Shown: positions 27,551 through 39,180 of the stretch, piece after piece
How positions within the stretch are numbered: position 1 is the stretch's first letter
Layout of the letters: each line of letters starts with the position of its first letter
Assembly (NCBI RefSeq): GCF_002113885.1
Contig: NW_018405533.1
Span: 136,313-200,312, forward strand
Source of the DNA: Mizuhopecten yessoensis
Taxonomy: Eukaryota
Length of the DNA stretch: 64,000 nucleotides
Reading direction: 5' to 3'
Position numbers and translations under genes: made by a program
The notes under the pieces: model-generated
The model's database searches: none
Told to the model about the DNA's origin: nothing
The model's input: the letters and a program-made list of their open reading frames with translations, nothing else

Positions 27551-27875
27551 GGAGGCACGGCAGCCTAGTGGTAGGATGCCGGGCTCGTGACTGAAGGGTT
27601 GCGTGTTCGAGTCACGGAACGGCACTGTGTTGTATCTTTGAGCAAGATACTTTACTCAGCTTGTTCCAGTCTACTCAGCTGTAAATGAGTACGGGGTTGG
27701 GGAGAGCTAGAATGGTTGAATGCTAGCTATTAGTGCCGAATTGGCAGCTCCGGCTGTATGCTCCCCAGGGAGTTGAGAAAGATATTGACTGGTTGCAAAG
27801 GCCTTATAACCACGGATAATAATTTGTGAACCACTTTGAGACGACCTGCGAACTTGGTTGTGATCAAGCGGTATA
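27551..27875 (+). mobile_element. tRNA-derived CORE-type SINE, 5' portion (split by the Polinton)
   Basis: A box cagcctagtgg, B box gtgttcgagtc, CORE-like tgtatctttgagcaagatactttac...ctcagctgtaaatgagtac and an L2-like tail that breaks at gcggtata. Confidence 0.85.
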
Positions 27876-28096
27876 TGATGAATAGGATATTTATAGTAAA
27901 CCCCTCCCTGACGGGATGGATCAGTGAGGGACCAGTGAGGGATGAGGGACTGACCCCATGACCTTTCATAGGAATTCATAGGAATTCCCTCTCAAAATAG
28001 ATTGAATACCCCATAGGGAACATTGAGGGACGAGGTATTACCTTACGTCAAGTCTATTTTTAGTGCAACTGGTTATAGCATGTAGACATATATTCG

Positions 28097-28993
28097 CTGG
28101 ATGCTTTATGGGATGTGGATCTTGCTGATGTATCCAACCTAGGAAAAGAAAACGATGGGATGCGTTATCTTTTCATCGCCATTGACGTGTTTTCACGCCA
28201 CTTATGAGTAGTTCCTCTTAAAGGCAAGCTTCACAACACAATCATCGATCGATTCAAAAAGATTTTGAACCAGGGCAGAAAACCTAGAGAAGTGAGATCG
28301 GATCCAGGAAGTGAATGGGGGAATAGATGGGTGAAGCAATATTTAGATAAAGAAGGGGTGCATGTATGAACCATTACGTCACTCATAACGCTACGCATGT
28401 AAATTATGCCAAAAGGGTGATCAGAACATTGAAAACACTCATCTACCGCTATTTCACGCACACCAGGTCCTATCATTACTTGGATGTTTTGCAAGATACG
28501 TCCGGAATTACAATGCAAGGCCTCACAGTACACTTGATGGAAAATCTCCAGACGAAATCAATACGTCAAACCAAGAACTCGTATGGAAACATTTGAACGT
28601 AGATCACAAGAAGGCTAGAACTCCAAAGTAAAAGAAATTCTCAAAATCTTTCAAGTTTAAAATAGGAGATGTGGTACGGATACCTAGTAACAGACGCACG
28701 TTTCAACGAGATTATGGACAGAAATGGACAGAATGTTCACCATTAAAGCGCGATACCTTCGACAAGGTATACCCGTTTACAAAATCGTGGACTACGACGG
28801 AGATCTGATAGCAGGGATGTTTTATAATAGTGAGCTACAAAAGGTCGGAAAGGGAAGAGACGACCTGTTTAAGGTGGAAAAGGTATTGAAACGACGCAAG
28901 AGAAATGGAATTAAGGAAGTCTACGTGAAATAGCTCGGTTACCCGAAAAAAATTAACAGCTGGATAGAAGAAAGCGACATCCAAGACCTATAA
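28097..28993 (+). pseudogene. Polinton retroviral-like (rve) integrase with C-terminal chromodomain, disrupted
   Basis: WDVDLADV..MRYLFIAIDVFSRHL*VVPLK..RSDPGSEW..YAKRVIRTLK (catalytic Glu replaced by Lys), then FKVEKVLKRRKRNGIKEVYVK*LGYPKKINSWI. Contains stops and frameshifts. Confidence 0.92.
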
Positions 28994-29199
28994 AAAGGAC
29001 ACCATATAAAAGTTGTCTTCATTTCCTTTTTAACAGTTTCTCACCAAGAGATGTTCTCTTAAAACACATGAAAACCATTCACGGGGCAGTCAACCATATC
29101 TGCAAATCACTCATGCCGTATCCGCCGCCGCAGGAGGTACAGTTGTTGCTTTTATCGCAGGGATTAAAGTCACCGCCGCCACCGTCGCCACAACTGCAG

Positions 29200-30532
29200 C
29201 ATCGGGACTTTGTTTTTAAACATCCCTTCACAGCTAACGTGTCTGGTCCTACTTCCTGTGGGAAAAGTACTTTGTCAAAACTATGCTACAAAATTGTTTG
29301 ACAAAAATAACACCAGGTCCTCAAAGAATCATATGGCTCTACAAACGATGGCAACCTCTATATGACGTCATCAAAGTATACCCATCAGTTGAATTTATAC
29401 AGGGGATACCCCTCGACCTAGATCAAGATTCTTTCATTAATCCGAGTGTTAGAAACCTTATCATACTGAACGACCTAATGTCCATAGCATCTAAGGATCC
29501 ACGAGTTGTTTACGGAGGGGAGCCACCACAGAAACCTATCCGTCATCGCCAAATCAAAATCTTTATTATAATAAGGATCCTACTCTAAGACGAAATTGTC
29601 ACTATTTAGTGATGTTTAATAACCCCGTGGATAAGCAGCAAATCATGACGTTGGCCCGGCAAATGTATCCAGAGAATACAAAGCACTTAATGAGACAATT
29701 CAGTGAAGCTACAGACAAACCATACGGATATTTACTGGTGGATCTGAAACCCACTACCCCTGAATCTCTACGTCTGCGCCGTAATGTTTTCCCGGAAAAG
29801 CATATAAAAGGACCCATGCATGTTACTTCGATTCATTCTGAGGATAACACTCCTACCGTGCAGACGTATTCAGGAGTCTCTGAAGAAGATTCGTATTTAG
29901 CTGCTGTAGTAGAAGAGTCACAGATCAATATGATCAGCTGTGAAGATTGTGGTGTTGTCTTCAAAAACTTGCATGATCTCCAGAAACACATTAAGAATTG
30001 GTGTCCCGATCAATCTTCATTGAAGAGGAAAATGTCTGAGGAAGATTCTTTACATGACAAAAAGATTAAATTAGAGAAAATGATCTCGGAAGACAGCGAC
30101 ACGTCGCCTGAGTCATATGATGACTATGACGATGACGTATTCACGCAGTTTGCAGAAATAGCCAGAGTGAAAAACGAAGAACAATGGTAAATTAGTGAAA
30201 TATGAGAATCAAGGAATCTCACATGAGGCTAAATCGAAGGCTGACATAAAACTTAAGGACGAGGACCTTAAATAATTCCTAGGTTACTATGGAAAACTGC
30301 TGTCCTATTTATTGCAGTTAAGACACGGTAGATTACACGGAGAGGTTATAGATTCCATTGAAAACTGCATGGCTGATGGCATGGATAGTGAAAAGGCCAT
30401 TCGAGTAATAAAGGCTATTTGGATTCCATCAAAGACACTGATGACGAGGAGAGTTTTAATACTGATTCCGAGGGATCGGACAATGAGGAAGATTATGAAA
30501 TGGATGAAGACGATGGTGAGGCTGAGGATTAG
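29200..30532 (+). pseudogene. Polinton A32/FtsK-like packaging ATPase running into a zinc-finger/acidic ORF, disrupted
   Basis: FKHPFTANVSGPTSCGKS (Walker A), LIILNDLM (Walker B, D->N), LFTEGSHHRNLSV, PYGYLLVDL, then CEDC-x12-H-x4-C, KRK and an acidic tail. Several frameshifts. Confidence 0.88.
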
Positions 30533-30967
30533 ATTAAATTTTCAGCCCGAAAGTTTTGATTGAGTTAATTGTATATACAAAAATATGATTGAAAATAATT
30601 AAGAACACGTGTAAATAGTTCCTGTGGTAAATAAAACTTTTATGCATATCTAGTACCATATAGAACAAGGGGTGTTTATTTTAAAAGTAATTTACAAAAT
30701 ATATACGGACAATGATACAGATGTACATTAGAACATTTCCTACTTTCATGCATATATACTATCATATCATAGAACAAGAGGTGCTTATTTTAAACGTAAT
30801 GAACATATCTTATACTATTTACAACCATGAAGCAAAATTAGCATTAATTAACATACATACTTTGTGAAAATAAATAGACACACGAATATATCTATATAGT
30901 TGTACAAACGATAACATCATAAAAGGTAAGATTTTGTTCTTTCATGTCAAATGTATGAAATGGTTCA

Positions 30968-32760
30968 TCACTGTGAAGTTTTATAATGACCATAAGCCAA
31001 ACTCTCTATTCCAGTGAAATACCGTGTGTCGTCGTAAGGAGACAGACTGGTCTTGTTGACCGTTATACTGTAGAGTATGTGATCAAAACTACGTATAAGA
31101 TTCATTTAATGTTTGCAATTGCTTTCTTCAAAAAGACATAGTAAGTACGTTTGGTGTCTCAATTGCTTTTGAATAACAGATTTCTTCACTCCCTTGTCTG
31201 TACGTTTACTACACCCCCACACGCCAGACTATACATTTTGGGGGTTAATTCAACGAACTGATCCATGATGCGACCATTATTACACTCGTCTTTCATTTTA
31301 CCGAGGACTTTGCAATTGTTCATGCTGAACATAGAACTGTCTTTTGGGAAATTGCTTGTTTCAAACAGGTCAGCGTTGTCTTGCATGTCTCTGTACCAGT
31401 CAGGTGTTTCTATACTGTATGCGAGGGAGTCCATGTCAGTGAATAATAATTCTGCTTTTGATCCATACTTTTGTTTGATGAAATCATAATTGAACTGATA
31501 CATGAATATTTTCGATACCTCTAGAATACAGAACCCTGCATAAATAGACCAATTTAAAACAATGTTTGTTTTCTTCATGTTGACGGCGACCCTTTGTTAA
31601 AAAATTTGAAAGACTTAAAATTTGGTTTAGCACACACTTTTCTTAATCGTTTTGGTGTATTGACAAGTTCCACTGAAACTGGCTTTTTCATGTTTTCTAT
31701 TGTTTTGCCAAATACATAGTTGTTTATAAGTTTGAAAAAGTCCTTCTCGAATCTGTTTCGTGCTTCTTTTCTTTTGAATGTATTAAAGTCAATGTAAGGC
31801 TTCAGCCAAGCGGATTGGGTAAATTCAATAACACGCAGAATTTTCGTAAATATCATACCTTTAGAAAGGTAGTATTTTAAATTCCGGTAATGGAGAACAT
31901 ATTGCTGCTTGGAGCAGAGATTTGGAACAAGTTTTCCGGAAGGTTTACTTTTGATATTCAACTTCTCACGAAGCTTTAGAGAATGTGGAGAGAGCATGTC
32001 CTTTGTTATGCTGATGTTCTCGGGTGCTAGGGGATATTCGTTGTGCTTGTCGTGCAAATGAATCGGATATTCAAGGTCAACTTCCAAAATGTAGCCCGTG
32101 TCCGCATTGTCGTCAATATTAGATACGTCAAACTGTGCGATTTGTTCTGCTGTCAACCATGCACAGTCCTTTTCCGGTAGGGATTCAGACATGCTTGTAC
32201 CATATAGGTTATTCATGTAAAGGTACGTGAGCCAAGTGTTTGGTTTGGACGGATCGCATTCCGGCGACTTGGGATTATTAGCCTGTGCAAATTTCTTTGA
32301 AATCATTGCCACACCACCTCGAATACCCTTTTCAAACATCAGTACCATGTCGTGTTCATAGTCTGTTTCGGATAGATCTGAATCTATCAGTTTATTATAA
32401 AACCGATCCTTTCCGGGCAATTCATTTCCGTCAAACGTTTCGGGTGATGTCACGTAATCGTACGGAAACACTCCCTTCCTAAGAAGAACTTTGAGATGTT
32501 GCTTTTTTGGGAAGCGCTTTGACAAGTTTGGGAATTTATCTATTCCTTCGACTGCTAAATTTGACACCAGTTTGTCAAGCGGTGCATTTAGAAATTATAA
32601 GGAATCTATGAATCTCAGATTCCCAAGGGAGAATAACGTATTTTTCCATATGGCTTGGTATACAAGACAAGGGTTTCGATTTAAATTTCCCCGCCGATTC
32701 CATCAACAAATGCATATCATAACCACGCAAGTTATGAAATACCACGGGGATGTAAAAAAG
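30968..32760 (-). pseudogene. Polinton protein-primed family B DNA polymerase (pPolB), 5'-truncated and disrupted
   Basis: PVVFHNLRGYD (ExoII), LLRKGVFPYDY, GIRGG, YLYMNNLYG (motif A, D->Y), KLINNYVFGK (motif B), FTDMDS (motif C), SLSPYDD..LAYGHY. ORFs 31575-32567 and 31186-31578 are pieces of it. Confidence 0.95.
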
Positions 32761-32789
32761 CGAGTGTGTATGTACATACGTCTACACAT

Positions 32790-34157
32790 CTGGAAAGTTA
32801 AAACTTTAACTGCATCCTAAACTATATTTTGATGAATCTCAATTATTAATGTTTCTAATCATAAACACCTAGGTTTGTTTTTCAACAGCAAGGCTAATTG
32901 GTATAACCACAGAAACTATTTATACGAAAAAGCTTATAAAAGAATTAATATACTTAGAATGTTGAAATACAAAATTGATAGAAAATCACTCGAAACTATA
33001 TATATCACATTTATACGTCCAATTCTGGAATATGCAAATATTATCTGGACAAACTGCACGCAGAATGAATGCAGTGTCTTGGAGTCTATCCAACTAGAAG
33101 CAACACGTATTATTTCAGGATTAAGACGTGGAACAAGTCATGCTATCTTATATAGAGAATCTGGTTTTATAACACTTAATAGAAGAAGACATTTGCATCA
33201 AAATATTACTTTTTATAAAATATATAATAGGAAAGTTCCCTCTCATGTCTATGATATAATTCAACCGTACATTAATGATAATACTGGCAATTATCATCTT
33301 CGCCTCAATAGAATTTTTGATGTTCCTATACCAAGAACTCAGTTATATAATGCCAGTTTTTTCCCGAAACTGATGTCTGAATGGAATAATCCAACCTGCC
33401 TGTATCCCACAATGACATCCATTGGATCTATAAAAAGAATTTTTTTACACTCAGAGAAAATGGATTCTCAACCCCAATGTACTGATATTTTTAAATACAA
33501 TGGTGATCGAAAATTTAATATTACCTTACGTCAAGTTAGAAACTGTGCCAGTAACCTGAATTCAGATCTATTTGAATCTCACCTAATTGATACCCCTGCC
33601 TGCTTATGTAGTTCTCCTGTTGAGGATTGTGATGACTTATTCTTACATTGAACTCTGTGTACTAATCAAATGCAAATTCTCCTAAACTCCATTTCTGCTC
33701 TTAATGACATTATTCCATTAAATACTCAGACTTTTCTTTATGTATGTCGAAGGCTCGATATCAATATGAATATAAGTATCTTGGAGATAGTTCAGAGATT
33801 CGTTAAAGATACAAGACGCTTTAACTACATTACACTTACTTGTTTATCTTTTTTCACGTGACTTTGCTGTAGGGAATGATTCCAGTACATAATTGTACTA
33901 TGTGCTGTCCACCAGCATATTTTCAATTGCCTTTTTTTGTAAAATCTAGTTTTTGTACAACCATTACCAAAAAAATAAAATAATGACATGCAAATATTAA
34001 TATTAATGTACATAATATACATGTTTTATCATTACTTCAATTCAATATGATGTGTGTAAACTGTTTATAACTGTAAGGAGAGGGCGCTCATAGGGTTTGC
34101 CTGTTGACCAATTCCTTTGTATCTAAGATCTGAACAATAACTATTCTGAAATGAAAC
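32790..34157 (+). mobile_element. 5'-truncated CR1/L2-group LINE (ORF2 C-terminus plus 3' UTR) nested in the Polinton
   Basis: HKHLGLFF..W..H, IYITFIRPILEYANIIW, LESIQLEATRIISG, C-terminal CLC motif and FVKDTRRF (ORFs 32875-33651 and 33670-33861). Tail gagggc...caataactattctgaaatgaaa. Confidence 0.92.
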
Positions 34158-34395
34158 TGATAACGCTTTTGTAAGTAAAGGCGTCTAATATACACAAATT
34201 GGGAAAACCCACACCGGGCTTAAAATAACTTCGATACAGCAATATAGAAGCGGACCTAACCGGTTTCTCTGAAAATAGACTTGACGCAAGGCAGTCACTC
34301 GTCCCTTACTGATCCATCCCGTCAGGGAGGAATTTATTATAAATATAGAGGGAGGGATAAAGTGGCGTAGAACTCTCATTTCCTATGCATCATCA

Positions 34396-34440
34396 GATAT
34401 ATAAAAACCTCGAATTATTATTATTATCATCATTATTATC
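34396..34440 (+). mobile_element. 3' tail of the SINE that starts at 27551
   Basis: gatatataaaaacctcgaattattattattatc matches the uninterrupted tail ggtatataagaacctcaaattattatc of the copy at 7381-7420 (minus strand). Confidence 0.85.
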
Positions 34441-35273
34441 ATATATTACACCTTTATATCAAAAATGAAAGATAACAATATTGTATAGGAGAGACGAAGT
34501 CAATGATACACCACTGATGTTACAGTGGCGGACCCAGAGGATATTATTGGGTTTCAGCAAACAACCAAAAATCTTGTTCGTTTTTCTCAATTTCCTAATT
34601 GGAATAACCTTTCCAAGGAAAATTTGAATCCCCTCCCTCACGATTGGCGTTTGAATCTACCACTATACCGTATTGGGATTTATAATGCAGTTTTAGTGAA
34701 GACTGAATTTACCAATATCTGGCTTTATAATGAAAATGATTTTTTGTTATATCGTTAAGATATCATTGTAATATTTTTATCATATATGTGTAATGTAATT
34801 CATGTCTTTGAATTCTCTCCACATTGTATTTTGTATCATGTAGACCCATATCCTAAAGCACTAATACTAATTTAGTCATGATGATTGGTCGTTTCACACA
34901 CTGTCGTACAATGTAGTAAACCGAACGATTTGTTTTCCAAATGTCGGTAAAGTTAGGCTTCATATACTTTCTATAGCATGTGTCGTTATACAAAAGTTGA
35001 AAAAGATATATCAAAGTAAACCCGCAATAAAAGTTAATTAAAGAGAGGAATTGCGGAAACACAGAGCAAATGAGAGCAGGTATTCCGGAAGTGAAAGTGT
35101 TAAAAAATATAATTAACACTTCATAAAGAATGAAGACCGCTGTCGTGGTGAAATGATGTTATCAGAATGCCAATTACTGCATATGAAACATAACGGTGAT
35201 TTCTCAGGACGGCCGTTTGTTGATATAATTGTAACGGTGATTTCTGAACGGAAAGTGGAAATCAGTACCTTAT

Positions 35274-35366
35274 CGTCTATTATTAACATGTATCAGTCAG
35301 ATATACTGTTTTGTAACACCGTCTATTATTAACATGTATCAGTCAGATATACTGTTTTGTAACACT
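35274..35366. repeat. 46-bp direct tandem duplication
   Basis: cgtctattattaacatgtatcagtcagatatactgttttgtaacac x2. Confidence 0.85.
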
Positions 35367-38300
35367 GTACTTTAAGCATGGATCAGTCACAGGCGTTCTG
35401 TTTTAAACAAGATAAGTAAATATCATTGATCAATGATATGGGAAATCCTTTTTGTCATATTTTTCAGCTGTGGCATATATTCATAGATGTCACATGAATT
35501 CCTCAAACGTATCATGTATAGGCTAAAACAACTCCTTGATTAGTGCTTCAGAATAATAGGTAAAACACGGATTTCCCGTAAATAGACATTTAAACCGTAA
35601 AGTAAATCATGTATTCAAATACCAGCCTGTAGCTATTAATAGAACATTATATGAAAGAAAACAAATTTTCTGTCCAGCACTATAGAATAATAATCATACA
35701 TCACGATTAGTAGTACGTAGGTGGTATTTGATTAAAAATTAAGCAGACTATATTTACAATTTACAGAAATGTGTTATACGTGTTCCTACTGTTATATACA
35801 ACCGTGACCAGACCTAGATGTTCTTAGCCACCAAGAAGCGTCATTTCGTATGATAAAATGATGGGTAATTTTCATGTCTTATTATAAAGTGATGAAAACA
35901 ACTTACATTTAATGGGTTTTTTTGTTAATTATTCCATATGATTCAAATTTTCATTCTATTGGTATTTCAATATGATTAATAGCTGGAGATATATCAGCTA
36001 AATGTCAGACACTGCTCTACAAAGTGTATGAAAATTGAGAAATATCCATTCATTATTGTATCTCGGACAGAACACTCCAGTATATAGATATTAATATTCA
36101 TTCATTGTTGATATCGTGAGTAAATTGTACTTCAATAGTACGTATTATCATTTGGCTGCCACATACATCGCTCAATATTATAATTGAAAGCATTTAAAGG
36201 CATAGTAGCAGTAGTGACATCCCAATGTCGTTTATTGATATATCGGGAATAAAATCAATATATTTAGAATTCTCAATCTATTTCATATTATATGTTCTGT
36301 TATTATTACGTCTAAGGGCCTCCAATTGTATGTCACGGTATAATGAACAAATCTTGAATGAGTTTCCACAATGTTTAATTATTGAATGCTGTAACGACTT
36401 CCCAAAGAGAAACTTTTATCTTTATTATTAGCTGTATTTATTGATTCAAACGATATCTGTAATATAGTTACACGGTTACTGCTGTTACACATGGAGAAGT
36501 TTAGACATTTTCACTTTTAGACCCGCCGTTTAATGTTTTATAATACATAAGGGAGGGAATGTACGAAAATAGCTAGCAAAGATCCGTCAATTTACACGTA
36601 AGCTATTCTAAAATCTCGAAATAAGTATGACCGAGCACAGAATATAGGCCTTTACGTGTGTTCGTAAATTTACAGCAGAGAACGAAAGAGAAAATACCAC
36701 TGACAAATCAGAAGTCATAGAGAGAACACTGATTAGAGAGAATGACATATACATTGTATCAAGTATTCAAGTTATCGTGATGTTGGGATCGGGATTGGAC
36801 GCCTATACAATGACGTGCCGAATTAACGTGAGTTGTAACCATTACATTGATTTCTAAACTCTTCCAAGTCACATAGTCAGGTGGAACGGTTAACAATTGT
36901 TTTTAAGAAATATCTTGTATTTGCTCGTAAATGTAGCACATGATACAATCTCAATATCTAATACACCTAAATTCCCCTGGCTTCGCCACCAGTTCATGAT
37001 GTTTTCCTTTTTGTTTTGGTATATCCCCAGTTCCAATTATTTACTTGTCATTGATACTGTTGTGTTTATTTGTGAAATAGTTTATTATGACGTCAACTAA
37101 ATTCCTGAAGGGTTACAAAATGAGCAAAATACTTCAAGAATTGCTCTATGAGTTTTGATTTGATACCATCATTACTTTGATATCAGCGTAAATTGTATTT
37201 AGATCGTTTTTCCTGTTTAAGTGTGTGAATAGTATGTTCGACTGTCCATATCGTATAAAGCAAATCAATTTAATGGTTCCAGACAGGTTTCGTAGGTCAA
37301 ACTGCGTAGTTCGATTTTATCCCATCAGGAGTTGAAATGATGTTAAGAAACGTAGTGTTTTAATGAGGTGTCAGCACGATTGTAGCTTCCTCAATGTTCA
37401 GCCTGATATACTTTTTAGCGTATCAATGTATAAGCGTAAACAGAAGTGAAACATCTCTGTTTCAACCCATTTCACATGGTCCAATGTTATCTTATATACC
37501 ATGTATTTATGTGCGATTACTTTGTATTTCGTCTGTATTTTATATATAAACTGTTATTTGTTATTAAACGTATAAGCGGGCCTTTTGGCTTGTCGGAGTG
37601 AAAGAAATAACTCTTTTATTTTTTCATTTTGGCAAATAATTGAACCTCATCAAGAGAAAAGTGACAAGATAAAATAAAAATACATAATTCAAAAACACGT
37701 ACAACATAAGTACAGCCATGACTGATTGATCGTTTCCAATCTCCGAACGGTAAATCTTTTCAACATTTCTTTGAAGTTCGGGATGCTACTATGTTTGTGT
37801 ACGCGACAAAAGCCGTGTCCCCTCATGTACAGCACTTGAACTGACCCAATGTGTATACATTCTGTAGTTTGGACCAAATGCACTATGTATTTTAGGGTTG
37901 AGGCTAATTTACTAGTTTCTTTGATCACTGACACAGTCAGTCGTGCCGACTAAACGGTTCGTCTTGACAGAGGGACAGGTAGTCGGTGAACTTGTTTCAT
38001 AATTGTTGTAAAATAAATAAAGTTTAAAAAATTAAATAGTCGGTGAATTGGAGAACTTTGTTATACGTAGTCCTTTTAATGCATACTATTTGATGGGTAA
38101 GGGAAGGAATAATATAATGTAATAAAATAATATAATAATGTATAATAAACAACCTTTTTACATTTATGAATGCAATGTAATTTATATGAATAATATTAAT
38201 CAATTGTTGTTGTGATATATCTATATTCGTTGACGTCATATATAAAAAAAAAAAAACACAACATGGAAATTAAATAGTGTAGTATGTCTGAACGTGTTTG

Positions 38301-38399
38301 CTGCGTCCGTGTATTGTCGACGTTCCACAATTTAAAGTTCCGAAAAAAGTAAACATAGCATACGTGTAGTGCTGCACGGGTCTGAGGTGCAATTAACTC

Positions 38400-38880
38400 T
38401 GACTCATGGTCACATGATTGTTTAGTCATCAGCTAGTGGGGACTTCCAATCCGATATACATATCAAAGCTTTTAAATTTCACGGATAATAGTAATGATTA
38501 GTCAAATTTAGATTACAATGATACGATGGCCGACAAGAGCCTGGCAAAAAGATGTGAATTTTCATATCTTTTTGTACCATGGTACTTTTTTTTATATGGT
38601 ACACAAAGATATTAAAATTCAAATCTTTGTGTACCATGTAAAAGTGTACCATGGTACAAAAGATATGAAAGTTCTCTCTTGTCGGCCATCGTACAATGAT
38701 CTGATGACACACACACATAAGGACATTACTGATAACTGGCCAGAACCAGTCATAGCAAGGCTGAGCCTGCCAGCACAAATATAGATCACACTGGAAAACC
38801 CCAGAACATTTTGATAGTGTCTATATTTAGAATCCGTGTATATATAAACACGACACTCTGTAACTACTACCAACATTTCC
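38400..38880 (+). promoter_or_regulatory. Candidate promoter for the IAP gene (AP-1, two kB-like sites, TATA)
   Basis: TGACTCA 38400-38406, GGGGACTTCC 38438-38447, GGAAAACCCC 38793-38802, TATAAA 38843-38848. The acceptor at 42723 implies an upstream exon. Motif match only. Confidence 0.3.
38522..38693. mobile_element. Foldback MITE (TA-flanked)
   Basis: Perfect 18-bp inverted ends tacgatggccgacaagag / ctcttgtcggccatcgta. The interior is also largely palindromic. Confidence 0.85.
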
Positions 38881-39180
38881 AGGTAATCCAACAATGTTTA
38901 CACGGCGAGATACTTTTGACAGGCGGCCTCTTATATTATAGGAGTACATTTCCAGGATACTTCATACAGACACTGCAAGTGTTACTTTTCTTTAAAGTTT
39001 TAAATATTTTGTAATACGTTCAGTATGATAAATATAACCATTAGGTCTGAACTATAAAATAGTGTATTTTCTATGACTGGTGCTGGTATAAAGTGCGATA
39101 ATATATAACTAACGTTAGGACACACTGTAATAGCGTTAATCCTCTCTCAAATACTACTTTCAAGTGCAAATTCTGTTTTC

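Larger units (their letters stand above)
27876..34395. mobile_element. Internally deleted Polinton/Maverick element
   Basis: Imperfect TIRs 27876-28075 and 34257-34395 (shared ctccctgacgggatggatcagt and cgtcaagtctatttt). 6-bp TSD ggtata (27870-27875) / gatata (34396-34401). Contains integrase, ATPase and pPolB relics; no capsid or protease recognised. Confidence 0.92.

Noticed and set aside
34388-34395. CATCATCA as an adenovirus ITR start
   Set aside because: Orientation is opposite to adenoviral 5'-CATCATCA ends; treated only as a triplet terminal repeat.
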